Shown in pieces: positions 10,160 through 19,770 of a stretch of DNA of 64,000 nucleotides. Every line of letters begins with the position of its first letter. Within the stretch, counting starts at the first letter, position 1. The DNA lies in assembly GCA_963734545.1 (NCBI GenBank), contig CAVTHO010000004.1, positions 576,001 to 640,000 on the forward strand, given 5' to 3'. Origin of the DNA: an uncultured Spirochaetota bacterium (lineage in GTDB: Bacteria > Spirochaetota > Spirochaetia > SZUA-6 > Fen-1364). Both the position numbers and the translations under genes were made by a program. The notes beneath the pieces were generated by a model that saw only the letters and a program-made list of their open reading frames with translations, did no database searches and had not been told where the DNA came from.

Positions 10160-10780
10160 ATGTTTGCCGGTAAAACCCTGCTGGAAGTCCTCGCAATGGG
10201 CGGAATCACGATGTACGTGCTTCTGCTCTGCTCCGTTCTCTCTCTGGGCGTCATCATCGACCGGCTGGCCAGCTATTGGAGAAAGTCGCGCGTGCAGCGT
10301 GACGCGTTCATGGACCGGGTCAGGGACGAGCTGAAGAAGAAGGACCTCGAGCGGGCCGTCGAGATCTGCCGCGACGTCGAGGCTCCCTTTGCAAAGGTCG
10401 TGCTCGCCGGCCTCGAGAAGGCGGGGCGGACCGAGAAGCTCATCACGGGGGTCATGGAGCGGCAGATCACCATGGAGGTGGGCAAGCTGGAACGGCTCAC
10501 GAGCATCGTGGGCACCATCGGCAACATCGCCGTGTATGTCGGGCTGTTCGGCACGGTGCTGGGAATCATCCGCGCTTTCCACGACATCTCCCTCGCGGGT
10601 ACCGGTGGAATGGACGTGGTCATCGGAGGCGTGGCGGAAGCGCTCATCACCACGGCAACCGGTCTGGCGGTCGCCGTGCCGTCGGTCGTGCTGTACAACT
10701 ATTTCAGCAGGCGTATCGAGCGTTTCGTGAGCGACATGCAGCTCGCCGCCTCGGAGGTCGTCGACCTGGTGGCCAGATAA
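10160..10780 (+). CDS. exbB: MotA/TolQ/ExbB proton channel protein
   Basis: VGLFGTVLGIIRAF and GVAEALITTATGLAVAVP. Confidence 0.88.
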   Translation: MFAGKTLLEVLAMGGITMYVLLLCSVLSLGVIIDRLASYWRKSRVQRDAFMDRVRDELKKKDLERAVEICRDVEAPFAKVVLAGLEKAGRTEKLITGVMERQITMEVGKLERLTSIVGTIGNIAVYVGLFGTVLGIIRAFHDISLAGTGGMDVVIGGVAEALITTATGLAVAVPSVVLYNYFSRRIERFVSDMQLAASEVVDLVAR

Positions 10781-10781
10781 C

Positions 10782-11189
10782 ATGCGGACCTACCGTCATC
10801 GCCGCCGCGAGCTCTTCGAGGGCATCAACATCACCCCTTTCACGGACGTGGTGCTCGTCCTGCTGATCATCTTCATGATCGCCACCCCCCTCCTGATCCG
10901 CTCGGAGATCAAGGTGAACCTGCCCCGCACGTCGAACGCCGAAGCGGCGCCGCAAAAGACCCTGGTGATCACGATCGATGCGGCGGGCGGCGTGTACGTG
11001 GAGGGCGCGCGCACGGCGCTCGCAAACCTCAGGCCCGGTCTTGTCGCGGCGCTTGCGAAACGCCCCGGCTCGCCGGTGATCATCATGGGGGACAGGGACG
11101 TGCGCTACGACCTCGTGATCAGGGTGCTGGAAATCGCCCGTTCAGCCGGGGTCAACCGTCTCTCCCTGGCGGTGGAAGTCAGAAAGTAG
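10782..11189 (+). CDS. exbD: ExbD/TolR biopolymer transport protein
   Basis: INITPFTDVVLVLLIIFMI; directly follows exbB. Confidence 0.9.
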   Translation: MRTYRHRRRELFEGINITPFTDVVLVLLIIFMIATPLLIRSEIKVNLPRTSNAEAAPQKTLVITIDAAGGVYVEGARTALANLRPGLVAALAKRPGSPVIIMGDRDVRYDLVIRVLEIARSAGVNRLSLAVEVRK

Positions 11190-11210
11190 AGCACGGCCCC
11201 GGAGGCGGAC

Positions 11211-11270
11211 CGGCCTGAATCCGCGGAGTACCGCGGCGCGGCCTGAATCCGCGGAGTACCGCGGCGCGGC
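11211..11270 (+). repeat. Tandem 28-bp duplication containing the CCGCGG-AGTA-CCGCGG palindromic repeat
   Basis: CGGCCTGAATCCGCGGAGTACCGCGGCG at 11211-11238 and 11239-11266, downstream of exbD. Confidence 0.9.
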
Positions 11271-11373
11271 GTTCCCGCGAGTAACACGAAACGCCGCCGA
11301 ATGTGTTTCATCCCTCGACAGGCCGGTATCCGGCCGCTTATACTGCGCATGATCGATCACAAAGGAGGCTGCC

Positions 11374-11883
11374 ATGGATCAACGGTCGAGGTCCGCCCTC
11401 GTGGTGGGAACGATCCTCATCCTGCTGGGAGTATTCTTCCTGGTCACGCGGTTCGTGCCGGGTATCCTGGACACGTTCTCCTGGCCGTTCGTGGTCATTG
11501 GAGTCGGCGTCATCTTCATGATCCTGGCCATTGCCACGTGGACCCCCGGATTGGCGGTGCCCGCGTGCATCATCGCCGGCATCGGCTGCATTCTCTACTG
11601 GCAGAACAGCACGGGCCAGTGGTGGACGTGGTCCTTTGCATGGGCGCTCATTCCCGGTTTTGTCGGCGTGGGAGTGGCGGTGAGCGAGCTTCTGGAGGGA
11701 CGCCCGCTCAAAGCGCTGGTAGAAGGGGGCTGGCCCATCGTCATCAGTCTCCTGCTGTTCTTCCTCTTCGGCTCCTTCTTCGGCGGCGTGCCCTGGCTGG
11801 GTCCCTGGTGGGCCGTGGTTCTTATCGCGATCGGCGTCCTCGTGATTCTGCAGCCTCTGATTAGAAAAGGAAAGGGAAACTGA
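11374..11883 (+). CDS. LiaI/LiaF-like multi-pass membrane protein
   Basis: Repeated GxILIxLG...WP helical hairpins; RBS AAGGAGG. Confidence 0.7.
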   Translation: MDQRSRSALVVGTILILLGVFFLVTRFVPGILDTFSWPFVVIGVGVIFMILAIATWTPGLAVPACIIAGIGCILYWQNSTGQWWTWSFAWALIPGFVGVGVAVSELLEGRPLKALVEGGWPIVISLLLFFLFGSFFGGVPWLGPWWAVVLIAIGVLVILQPLIRKGKGN

Positions 11884-11884
11884 C

Positions 11885-12718
11885 ATGAGACGTTGGAGCT
11901 TCGTTGTCGGGGCAGTCCTCATCGTTCTCGGGGTGCTGGCAATCCTCCAGACGGCACTGAACGTCCTGGGCGTCGCGTTCCGCATCGGCTGGATCTTCTG
12001 GCCCCTGCTGCTTATCGGCGTGGGCGTCTGGTTCATCATGGGCTTTGCCGGCGGCGGCTTCGCCCGGGGCGATCGCGGGGGCGTGACACGCGAGCAATCC
12101 GCCCTCCCCCTCGAGGGCGCGACCGAGGCAGCCATCACCGTCCGGCACGGTGCCGGTCGGCTCACGATGAGCGGCGGTGCCGGTTCCGACCAGCTCCTGA
12201 CCGGCAGCTTCGGAGGCGGGCTGGACGCCACCCGCAGGAGTGAGGGCGGCAGGCTCACGGTGGACATGAGGGTGAAAGACCGTGACGTGTCGCATTACAT
12301 CTTCCCGTGGGGCCGCGGCTGGGCAGGCGTGCTGGACTGGGATATCGCGCTGAATCCCTCCATTCCCCTTTCCCTGCGCCTGGAGACGGGGGCAAGTGAA
12401 AGCAGGCTGTCCCTCACGGACGTTCAGGTACGCGAGCTCAGCATCAAGACCGGCGCAAGCTCCACGACCGTCGACCTTCCCCGGGCAGCGGGCTTCACTC
12501 GTGTGCACGTGGAGTCCGGCGCCGCCGCAATAAAGCTCCGGGTGCCGCAGGGCGTGGCCGCGTCCATCCAGGTGAAGAGCGCGCTGGCCGGTATTCACGT
12601 GGACAAGGCCCGATTCCCCCTCGCCGCCTCCGGCTACGCCTCCGCGGACTATGCCGGGGCCGCAAACAAAGTGGAAATCTTCGTCGAGACGGGCGTGGGA
12701 TCGGTGGACATCTATTAG
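11885..12718 (+). CDS. LiaF-like membrane protein with C-terminal toast-rack (DUF2154-like) beta domain
   Basis: Two N-terminal TM helices (FWPLLLIGVG), then repeated GA/GV beta motifs ending VETGVGSVDIY. Confidence 0.7.
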   Translation: MRRWSFVVGAVLIVLGVLAILQTALNVLGVAFRIGWIFWPLLLIGVGVWFIMGFAGGGFARGDRGGVTREQSALPLEGATEAAITVRHGAGRLTMSGGAGSDQLLTGSFGGGLDATRRSEGGRLTVDMRVKDRDVSHYIFPWGRGWAGVLDWDIALNPSIPLSLRLETGASESRLSLTDVQVRELSIKTGASSTTVDLPRAAGFTRVHVESGAAAIKLRVPQGVAASIQVKSALAGIHVDKARFPLAASGYASADYAGAANKVEIFVETGVGSVDIY

Positions 12719-12730
12719 CGCGCCGCCCGA

Positions 12731-12798
12731 AGGCGTAGCCAAGGATGGCGAGGTCGGCCGAGGCCAGGGATGGCCGAAAGGCCGACGCGGCTATCCAC
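12731..12798 (+). ncRNA. Structured 3'-UTR/intergenic element with GGA-loop hairpins, copy A
   Basis: 42/56 nt identical to the reverse complement of 22331-22395, with 5 compensatory base-pair changes. Confidence 0.55.
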
Positions 12799-12865
12799 GC
12801 GAGGGTTTGGCTGCCTTTTGCTTGCCATCGCCCTGCAGGGCTAATCGCGGACGCCGGCGCTCTTG

Positions 12866-12887
12866 AATCCGCGGAATACCGCGGCGC
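12866..12887 (+). repeat. Single copy of palindromic repeat AATCCGCGGAATACCGCGGCGC
   Basis: Exact match to the copy at 4860-4881. Confidence 0.85.
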
Positions 12888-12993
12888 TTTGCCTTTCCCG
12901 TGAGGCGCAAGTATCTTATTCCCACAGGAGTAGAGACTGCTGCACCCCGGCAGGGCGCTTGCGTTTCCCAAGGGCAGGCTTCTGGCGCTGCTC

Positions 12994-14269
12994 GTGATCG
13001 GAACGGCGGTGCTTTGTTCCTGCCAGGTTCGGGGTGCCAGGACGAGCGTTTTCCTTCGGGCGCTTGCCCCCGGTCCGGCCTCATCTGCTACCTCGCACCA
13101 GAAGGGAACATCAGGCTCATCGATCCCAGAACCGGACACCAGCGGGCCCTCACCGACGATGCCGGGCAGGAACGCGGATGGCGCGGTGGTCTACGCCGCC
13201 CCGACGTGGTCTCCGGACAGCTCGCTCATAGCCTTCGCGCGCATTTCCGTGAGCGGAGACGCGACCCTCAACGACGCGTCCCTGTACACCGTGGCTATCG
13301 ATGGAAAACGGCTCTCGCGCCTGCTCTCCGGCACACGGCTGCAGCCATTCTATCTCTTCTGGTCACCGGATTCCCGCCGTGTCAGCCTGCTCTCCCAGGT
13401 GCGCGGGGAGAACGCGCTGGAGCTCGGCATTGCCACGGCGGGCGCCGATGGAGACTATCGCAGCCTGGACGGTGGAGCTCCTGTGTACTGGGACTGGCTG
13501 GGTGACGGCCGGACGGTGGTCGCGCATGTGAATGGAGGAAGGAACGCGAGGGGCGATGAGAGACTGTCTGTCCTGAAAGTCGACTCGGCGTCTGTTCGCT
13601 CGGACGTCAATGTGGAAGGCGGCTTCTTCCAGGCGCCGAATATCTCACCTGACGGCAGGAGTTTTGTCTACGCTTCTTCCAGCCTGTCGGGCTTCACGCT
13701 GCACCTTCGCGCCCTTGACGGCTCCGCGGACCGCGACATCGCGACGGGTGAAGGGGGGACCTTCTTCTCCCTCTCGTCGGACGGGAAGCGTCTTGCCTAC
13801 CTTTCCGCCGCTGCCATGCAGCCGTTTCCCCTCGGCAAGCTCACGATCGTGGACCTTGCCGGAAGCGCAAGAGCCAGGACAGTGGAGGACGCGCCCGTGC
13901 TGGCGTTCTTCTGGGCTCCCAACGGCCGCAGCCTGGCCTACATCGTGCCGGAGACCAACGGGAATATCGACCCGCAGTTCCTGCACTCCGATGAGACTCC
14001 CTACCTGAGGCTGGTCGGCTGTGACGCGGCCACCGGGCAAGACGTGGACCATCGCCCGGTTTCCGCCCACGCGCGGTATCTTCAGTGTTCTCCCGTTCTT
14101 CGATCAGTTCCAGCGGTCCGCGACAATATGGTCGCCGGACAGCCGTTACATCCTGTTCACCGCGCTGACAATGGATGGATCCCCGGGCCTTTTTATTGCG
14201 CGAGCCGACCGCACGGTCACGCCGCGGTTTCTCACTGACGGGGATTACGCCTTCTGGTCCTGGAAGTAG
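12994..14269 (+). CDS. TolB-like PD40 beta-propeller lipoprotein, about 3 frameshifts (near 13070, 13166, 14035); start may lie near 12937
   Basis: Hydrophobic stretch with lipobox-like VLCSC. Repeats PTWSPD, FWSPD, NISPDG, FWAPNG and IWSPD are spread across frames. Confidence 0.7.
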
Positions 14270-14305
14270 TGGGAAGCTGACCGCGGCGGGGAGCCAAGAA
14301 TAAGA

Positions 14306-14335
14306 AACATGCTCAAACGTACGTTTGAGCATGTT
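14306..14335. repeat. Perfect 30-bp palindrome AACATGCTCAAACGTACGTTTGAGCATGTT
   Basis: 15+15 perfect inverted repeat with no spacer, between convergent genes. Confidence 0.9.
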
Positions 14336-14379
14336 CGAGCTACGTACCCTGGCAGGCGTGAATGTACATTTGAACGCGT

Positions 14380-14444
14380 TCAGCCCTATGGCTGCACTCA
14401 GCCCTATGGCTGTACTCAGCCCTCGTTGGCTGTACTCAGCCCTT
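14380..14444. repeat. Tandem 18-20 bp repeat TCAGCCCT(AT/CGTT)GGCTGYAC, 3.5 copies
   Basis: Units start at 14380, 14398, 14416 and 14436; the last overlaps the aminotransferase stop codon. Confidence 0.85.
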
Positions 14445-15764
14445 GACCAGCGTGTCGGTGTAGGCCAGTCCCTTCTCGATGGTCTCTACCATCTCGTCGA
14501 TCTGCTGCTTGTTGATGATGATGGGCGGCGAGATGAATATGTAGTCCCAGTTGCAGTACAGGTACAGGCCGTTGTCCATGAATATCTTGCCCAGGGGACC
14601 CGAGACATTGCGGATCGAGTCATTGAAACCGGCAAGCGGCGTCTTGGTCTTCTTGTCCGCCACCAGCTCGATGCAGGCCCACAGGCCCACGCAGCGGGTG
14701 TCCCCCACCGAGGGGTGCTTGCCCTCGAGCTCCTTGAGCTTCTTCGCGAGGTAGCGGCCGTTCTCCGCCGACTGCTCGATGAGGTTTTCCTTCTTGTAGA
14801 CCTCGATGTTGGCGATCCCGCAGGCGCACGCCAGCGCGTGGCCGGTGTAGGTAAGGCCGCTCACGAACTTCCGCTCCTGGAAGTAGTCCCAGATCTTCTT
14901 GCTCCAGATCGTGGCGCCGAGCTGAATGTAGCCGGAGGTGATGCCTTTGGCCGTGCTGATGATGTCCGGCACGATGTCGTAGTGATCGATGCCGAACCAT
15001 TTTCCCGACCGGCCCCAGGCGGCCATGACCTCGTCCGAGATGAGAAGGATCCCGTTCTCGTCGCAGAGCTGGCGCAGGCCCTTCATGTAGCTCTTGGGCG
15101 GCGGGATGATCCCGTTGGTGCCGACGATCGGCTCGATGATGATGGCGGCGACACTCTTGGGGTTGTCGTACATGAGCTGCTCTTTGAGAACGGCGAGAGT
15201 CTTCTGGCCGCACTCCTCCTCGTCCTTTGAGCCGAAGGGGCAGCGGTACGGATACGGACCAAAGAAGTGCACCACACCGGGGATGCCCGGCTCTGCGGGC
15301 CAGCGGCGCGGGTCTCCCGTCAACGTGATGGCTCCCGCCGTGGCGCCGTGGTAGCTCTTCCAGGCCGCGTAGATCTTGTGCCGGCCGGTGAACCAGCGCG
15401 CGGACTTGATGGCGTTCTCGTTCGCCTCGGCCCCGCCGTTGGTGAACAGCACGTAGTCCAGGTCTCCCGGGGTCACCTCTGCCACCATTGCGGCGAGCTT
15501 TGACTTCGCCTCGGTGCTGAACCCGGGGGACACGAAGCAGAGCTTGTCCATCTGCGCCTTCATGGCGTCAATGACGTGCTTGTTGCCGTGCCCCAGGTTG
15601 ATGTTCAGGAGTCCCGCGCAGCCGTCCATGATCCGGCGGCCGTCCGTGTCGTACATGTAGATGCCGTCGGCATGATCGATCACCTTGGGCAGCCAGCCGC
15701 CCTGGGCCTTCCAGCTGTAGATGACGTGTTCGCGGTCCAGCTTCTGCAGTTGCTCGGTATTCAT
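14436..15764 (-). CDS. Class III PLP aminotransferase, probable beta-alanine aminotransferase
   Basis: GGAEANENA, SYHGAT, LISDEV, PDIISTAKG (PLP lysine); last gene of the pyrimidine degradation operon. Confidence 0.88.
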   Translation of the reverse strand: MNTEQLQKLDREHVIYSWKAQGGWLPKVIDHADGIYMYDTDGRRIMDGCAGLLNINLGHGNKHVIDAMKAQMDKLCFVSPGFSTEAKSKLAAMVAEVTPGDLDYVLFTNGGAEANENAIKSARWFTGRHKIYAAWKSYHGATAGAITLTGDPRRWPAEPGIPGVVHFFGPYPYRCPFGSKDEEECGQKTLAVLKEQLMYDNPKSVAAIIIEPIVGTNGIIPPPKSYMKGLRQLCDENGILLISDEVMAAWGRSGKWFGIDHYDIVPDIISTAKGITSGYIQLGATIWSKKIWDYFQERKFVSGLTYTGHALACACGIANIEVYKKENLIEQSAENGRYLAKKLKELEGKHPSVGDTRCVGLWACIELVADKKTKTPLAGFNDSIRNVSGPLGKIFMDNGLYLYCNWDYIFISPPIIINKQQIDEMVETIEKGLAYTDTLVKG

Positions 15765-15780
15765 TCCCTCTCCTCTCCCC

Positions 15781-17026
15781 TCAGAGCTCGTTCGCCGTTT
15801 TCAGCAGGGCGTGCAGAAGCACGTTCGCCCCCGCCTCGCAATCGCTCCCATTTTGTGTTTTCCACTTCGACATGGCTCCGGCCGCCGATGCTCGGCACGA
15901 ATATCATTGCCGTGGGGCATACCTGGTTCATGTAGCTCGCATCGTGCCCGGCGCCGCTCACCATGTGCAGGTGTGGAGTAGCCCAAGTTCCTTCGCGGTG
16001 TCCAGCACCCTCTGCACCAGCTTCTCGTCGAATGGCGCGTGGGCAACACGCCACGTTTCGTCTATCCGCATCGGGGTTCCCCGGCGCCCGGCTATCCCGG
16101 CAAAATCCTTCTTCAAGAGCTCCCAGGCTTTCAAGGCATGGTCGTCATCCCAGGACCGAATGTCAACGGTGAAATGCACCTTGTCCGGAATGATGTTGCG
16201 CGAGTTGGGATAGTTCTGGATCTCCCCGACCGTGGCGACCATGTTGCCCTTCATCCGATCCGGCAGCGTGTTCACCGCGAGGATCATCTCCGCGGCGGCG
16301 CACAAGGCGTCCTTCCTGCCCTCCATGGGGGTCGGGCCCACCTGGTTCGCCTCCCCCTCCAGGTACACGTCGTACCAGTGCAGGCAGAGGATGCCCTTGG
16401 GAGCGCCGATGGTCTTGCCCTGCCTCTCCAGCATGGGGCCCTGCTCGATATGGTACTCGAAGTACGCATGCGCGGGCCATTTCTTCGCCGGGATCGTGCC
16501 CTTGTATCCGATCCGCTGCAGCTCCTCCCCGAATACCTTCCCGTCCTTGTCCGTCCGCGCGTACACCCAGTCGCGCTGCAGCGCGCCGGCCCACACTCCC
16601 GATGCCACCATGGCGGGCGCGAACCGCGAGCCTTCCTCATTTGTCCAGTCCACGATGTACAAGCGGCCGCTCGGTCTGCACCTTGTTGTCGTGAGGGTGC
16701 GCATGACCTCCAGGGCGCCCATGACCCCGAGGATCCCGTCGAACCTGCCGCCCCGGGGCTGGGAGTCCACGTGGGAGCCGCTCATCACGGGGGGAAGAGC
16801 GTCGTTCGTTCCCGGTCCTGCGGCCGAAGATGTTGCCCATCTCGTCGATGGTCACGCTCGAAGTCGATCTCCTTCAGCCACTTCACGAAGAGATCGCGCG
16901 CTCTCTTGTCCTCGTCCGACAGGGTGAGCCGCTGCACGCCGCCGCCGGCGTGGCGCCGATCTTCGCCATCTCCTCCAGGCTGGCGCGCAGACGCGCGCCG
17001 TTGACCCGCAGCTTTGATGTGTCCAT
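15781..17026 (-). pseudogene. M20-family Zn amidohydrolase (N-carbamoyl-amino acid/beta-ureidopropionase, PydC/HyuC-like) broken by about 8 indels; real pseudogene or sequencing error
   Basis: Fragments MDTSKLRVNGARL, DEMGNIFG, GSHVDSQPRGGRFDGILG, TNEEG, EYHIEQGP, SGAGHDA, GRSH and GANVLLHALL fall in alternating frames. Confidence 0.75.
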
Positions 17027-17049
17027 GCGTTGCCCTCCCGAAAAAGCGC

Positions 17050-18441
17050 TCAATACGCGGCGAGCGGTTCTCTCTTGACGAACCTGCCCCTGCCCACCTC
17101 GCCGACGAACTTCATCTGGTCACCGGACCACTCCGCCACCCGCTTGCCGCGGGAGTACACGATCTCCGGCATCCCGGTCATCTCGAAGCCTTCCCACGGC
17201 GTGTAGTCCACGTTCTGGTGGAGCTTCTTCTGCGTGATCGTGAACTTGCGCTTCGGGTCGAAGACCACGATATCGGCGTCCTTGCCCGCGGCGATGGCGC
17301 CCTTGTTCTTCAGGCCGAACATCCGGGCCGTTCCCGTGGAGAGGACTTCCACCATTCTCTCCAGGGTGATGCGCCCCTTCACCACGCCTTCGGTGTGCAG
17401 GAGCATCAGCATGGTTTCGATGCCGGGGGCGCCGTTGGGGATCTTCTTGTAGTCATCCTTGCCGGCCATGTCCTTCTGCCCCTTGAAGTTGAACGGGCAG
17501 TGGTCAGTGCCCACTGTCTGCACGTCTCCGTCCCGCAGGCCCTGCCAGAGCTCGTTGCAGCTCTCCTGCGGACGAAGCGGCGGGGACATCACGTACTTGG
17601 CGCCGTTCCAGTTCGGCTCATTGTATCGGTCTTCAGTCAAAGTCAGGTACTGCGGACAGGTCTCCGCATGGATCTGTACACCACGGTCCCGGGCCTCCTT
17701 GATTGTCCAGAGACCCCTGGCCGACGAAAGGTGCACCACGTAAATCCTGCTGCCGGTGAACTCGGCCGCCTTCGCCGCCCGATACACCGCTTCCTCTTCC
17801 GCCATGATCGCGTGGGCCCGTGCATGATCCATCGGCGTGAGCTTTCCCTCCGCCGCGAGCTGTTCGTTCAGCCGGCGGATCATGTCGAAGCTCTCCGCGT
17901 GCACCTGCACGAGACCGCCATGTTTCTTCGTCTCCTCCAGGAGCCGGATCATGGTGTAGTCATCCACCCGGAAGTCGTAAAAGAGGAAGATCTTGAAGCT
18001 CGGGGTGCCGTACTCGTTGATGGCCTTCTTCACTTCCTCGATCACCTCGGGACGCGCGTCCGTGACGCCGGGGTGAATGCTGTAGTCCACGACGGTCTTC
18101 CCGTCCGCCTTGCCTTTCTGGCGCTCCACCGCGTCGCGGAGCATCTCTCCCTTTCCCTGGAGGCTGAAGTCGATGATGGAGGTGGTGCCCCCGCAGGCGG
18201 CGGCAATGGAACCGGTCTTCCAGTCGTCCGAGGATGTGGTGCCCATGAAGGGCATGTCGATATGAGTGTGTGGATCGATGGCGCCCGGCAGGATGTACTT
18301 GCCGGCTGCGTCCACCGTCTCGTCAGCCTTGACGGCAAGAGCGGTGCCGATGGACTTTATCGAATCCCCCTCCACGTAGACATCCGCCGTGAACGAGCCG
18401 GTGGATGTGACGACACGACCGTTTTTCAGTAGAACGCTCAT
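17050..18441 (-). CDS. hydA: Dihydropyrimidinase
   Basis: PGAIDPHTH, SFKIF (carbamylated Lys), VHAES, VVHLS, YVMSPPLR, TDHCPF, IPNGAPGIE. Confidence 0.95.
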   Translation of the reverse strand: MSVLLKNGRVVTSTGSFTADVYVEGDSIKSIGTALAVKADETVDAAGKYILPGAIDPHTHIDMPFMGTTSSDDWKTGSIAAACGGTTSIIDFSLQGKGEMLRDAVERQKGKADGKTVVDYSIHPGVTDARPEVIEEVKKAINEYGTPSFKIFLFYDFRVDDYTMIRLLEETKKHGGLVQVHAESFDMIRRLNEQLAAEGKLTPMDHARAHAIMAEEEAVYRAAKAAEFTGSRIYVVHLSSARGLWTIKEARDRGVQIHAETCPQYLTLTEDRYNEPNWNGAKYVMSPPLRPQESCNELWQGLRDGDVQTVGTDHCPFNFKGQKDMAGKDDYKKIPNGAPGIETMLMLLHTEGVVKGRITLERMVEVLSTGTARMFGLKNKGAIAAGKDADIVVFDPKRKFTITQKKLHQNVDYTPWEGFEMTGMPEIVYSRGKRVAEWSGDQMKFVGEVGRGRFVKREPLAAY

Positions 18442-18462
18442 GTGTGTGTTCCTCCTTTTTGC

Positions 18463-19758
18463 TTACGCGCCGGTGAATTGACTCACCTTGATCTGCCGTT
18501 TCGTTCCCGGATCCTTGACCGGCGTTTCCTGCCGCTTCCAGCCCCGGGGCATCTCCTTGTAGGTGATGAGGTCGGGGACCGGACAGATGAAGTTGCAGAT
18601 CATGCAGCTCAGGCACTTGTCCTCCGTCAGCTTGGGCCGGCGCTTTTCCGCTTCCCACTCCAGGGCCTGGCCGCCGGCGTCACGGCACACGATGTAGCAC
18701 TGTCCGCAGCCGATGCATTTTTCCAGGTCATACTGCGCCACGCCCTGCCGCTTCAGATCGAAGTGATCAGTGGTCTGCAGGTGCGGCAGTGTCTTTCCGA
18801 TCAGGTCCGCCATGCTCGTGATGCCGCGGGACACCATGTAGTCGGTGATGCCCTCGATCATGTCTTCCACGATCCGGTAACCATAGTGGATGATTCCCGT
18901 GGTCACCTGGAGCGTCGTGGCTCCCACCAGCAGGTATTCGAGCGCGTCCACCCAGGTCTCTATGCCGCCCATGGCAGAGAGTGGCAGATCGAGCTCCTTG
19001 CACTGCGCCATTTCCGCAATGAAGTGAAGGGCGATGGGTTTTATCGCGGCGCCCGAGTAACCGCTCATTGCACCCACGCCGAAGACATTGGGCCGGGGGA
19101 CAAGGTCATCGAGGCCGATCCCTGATATCGCCCGGAAGGTATTCACCGCCGAGATTCCGTCCGCCCCGCCCTTCTTGGCAAAGAGCGCCGGCTCGGTCAT
19201 GTCGGTGATGTTCGGGGTCATCTTGGCGAGCACGGGAATCTTCACGGCTTTCTTCACCGTGGCGGTGAACTTTTCAAGAAGGTGGAACGCCTGCCCCACC
19301 TTGTGTCCCGAGCCCTCCACGGTCATGTGGGGGCAGGAGAAGTTCAGCTCGAGCATGTCCGCCCCGTGATCTTCACTCGCCTTGGCCAGGTAGCCCCACT
19401 CATCGTTGGAGAATCCCATGATGCTCGCAATGATGGGGCGGTCAGGGTACTTCTTTTTCAGATAGAGGAAATCCGCCAGGTTGTCCTTCAGAGGACGATC
19501 CGATATCTGCTCCACGTTCTGCAGCCCCACCACGTGCTTGTCCTCGTAGTGATAGGGGCTCATGCGGGGAGAGGGATGGATGATCGGGATGCGGTCCGAA
19601 TTCAGGGTCTTGTAGCACACCCCTGCCCAGCCGTGCTCATACGCTTTTTCCACCATTTCGGCGCTGTTCGACACCGGCGAGGAGGACAGCAGGAAGGGGT
19701 TCCTGAATCTCACGCCGCAGAAGCTCACCGAAAGGTCGGTCTTGTGATTTGTCCCCAT
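18463..19758 (-). CDS. preA: Dihydropyrimidine dehydrogenase subunit PreA
   Basis: LELNFSCPH, KMTPNITD, GYSGAAIKPIA, C-terminal 2x[4Fe-4S]. Confidence 0.93.
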   Translation of the reverse strand: MGTNHKTDLSVSFCGVRFRNPFLLSSSPVSNSAEMVEKAYEHGWAGVCYKTLNSDRIPIIHPSPRMSPYHYEDKHVVGLQNVEQISDRPLKDNLADFLYLKKKYPDRPIIASIMGFSNDEWGYLAKASEDHGADMLELNFSCPHMTVEGSGHKVGQAFHLLEKFTATVKKAVKIPVLAKMTPNITDMTEPALFAKKGGADGISAVNTFRAISGIGLDDLVPRPNVFGVGAMSGYSGAAIKPIALHFIAEMAQCKELDLPLSAMGGIETWVDALEYLLVGATTLQVTTGIIHYGYRIVEDMIEGITDYMVSRGITSMADLIGKTLPHLQTTDHFDLKRQGVAQYDLEKCIGCGQCYIVCRDAGGQALEWEAEKRRPKLTEDKCLSCMICNFICPVPDLITYKEMPRGWKRQETPVKDPGTKRQIKVSQFTGA

Positions 19759-19770
19759 TGCTTTCCTCCT

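Noticed and set aside
11211-11270. Palindromic tandem repeats as a mini-CRISPR or IS ends
   Set aside because: No spacers, no transposase and no target-site duplication; better described as REP-like.
14380-14444. Short repeats as a CRISPR array
   Set aside because: Units are 18-20 bp and directly adjacent with no unique spacers, and no cas genes are present.
14325-15230. 301-aa plus-strand ORF with an SPMAAL/SPMAVL repeat
   Set aside because: It is antisense to the aminotransferase; the peptide repeat simply reflects the intergenic DNA tandem repeat.
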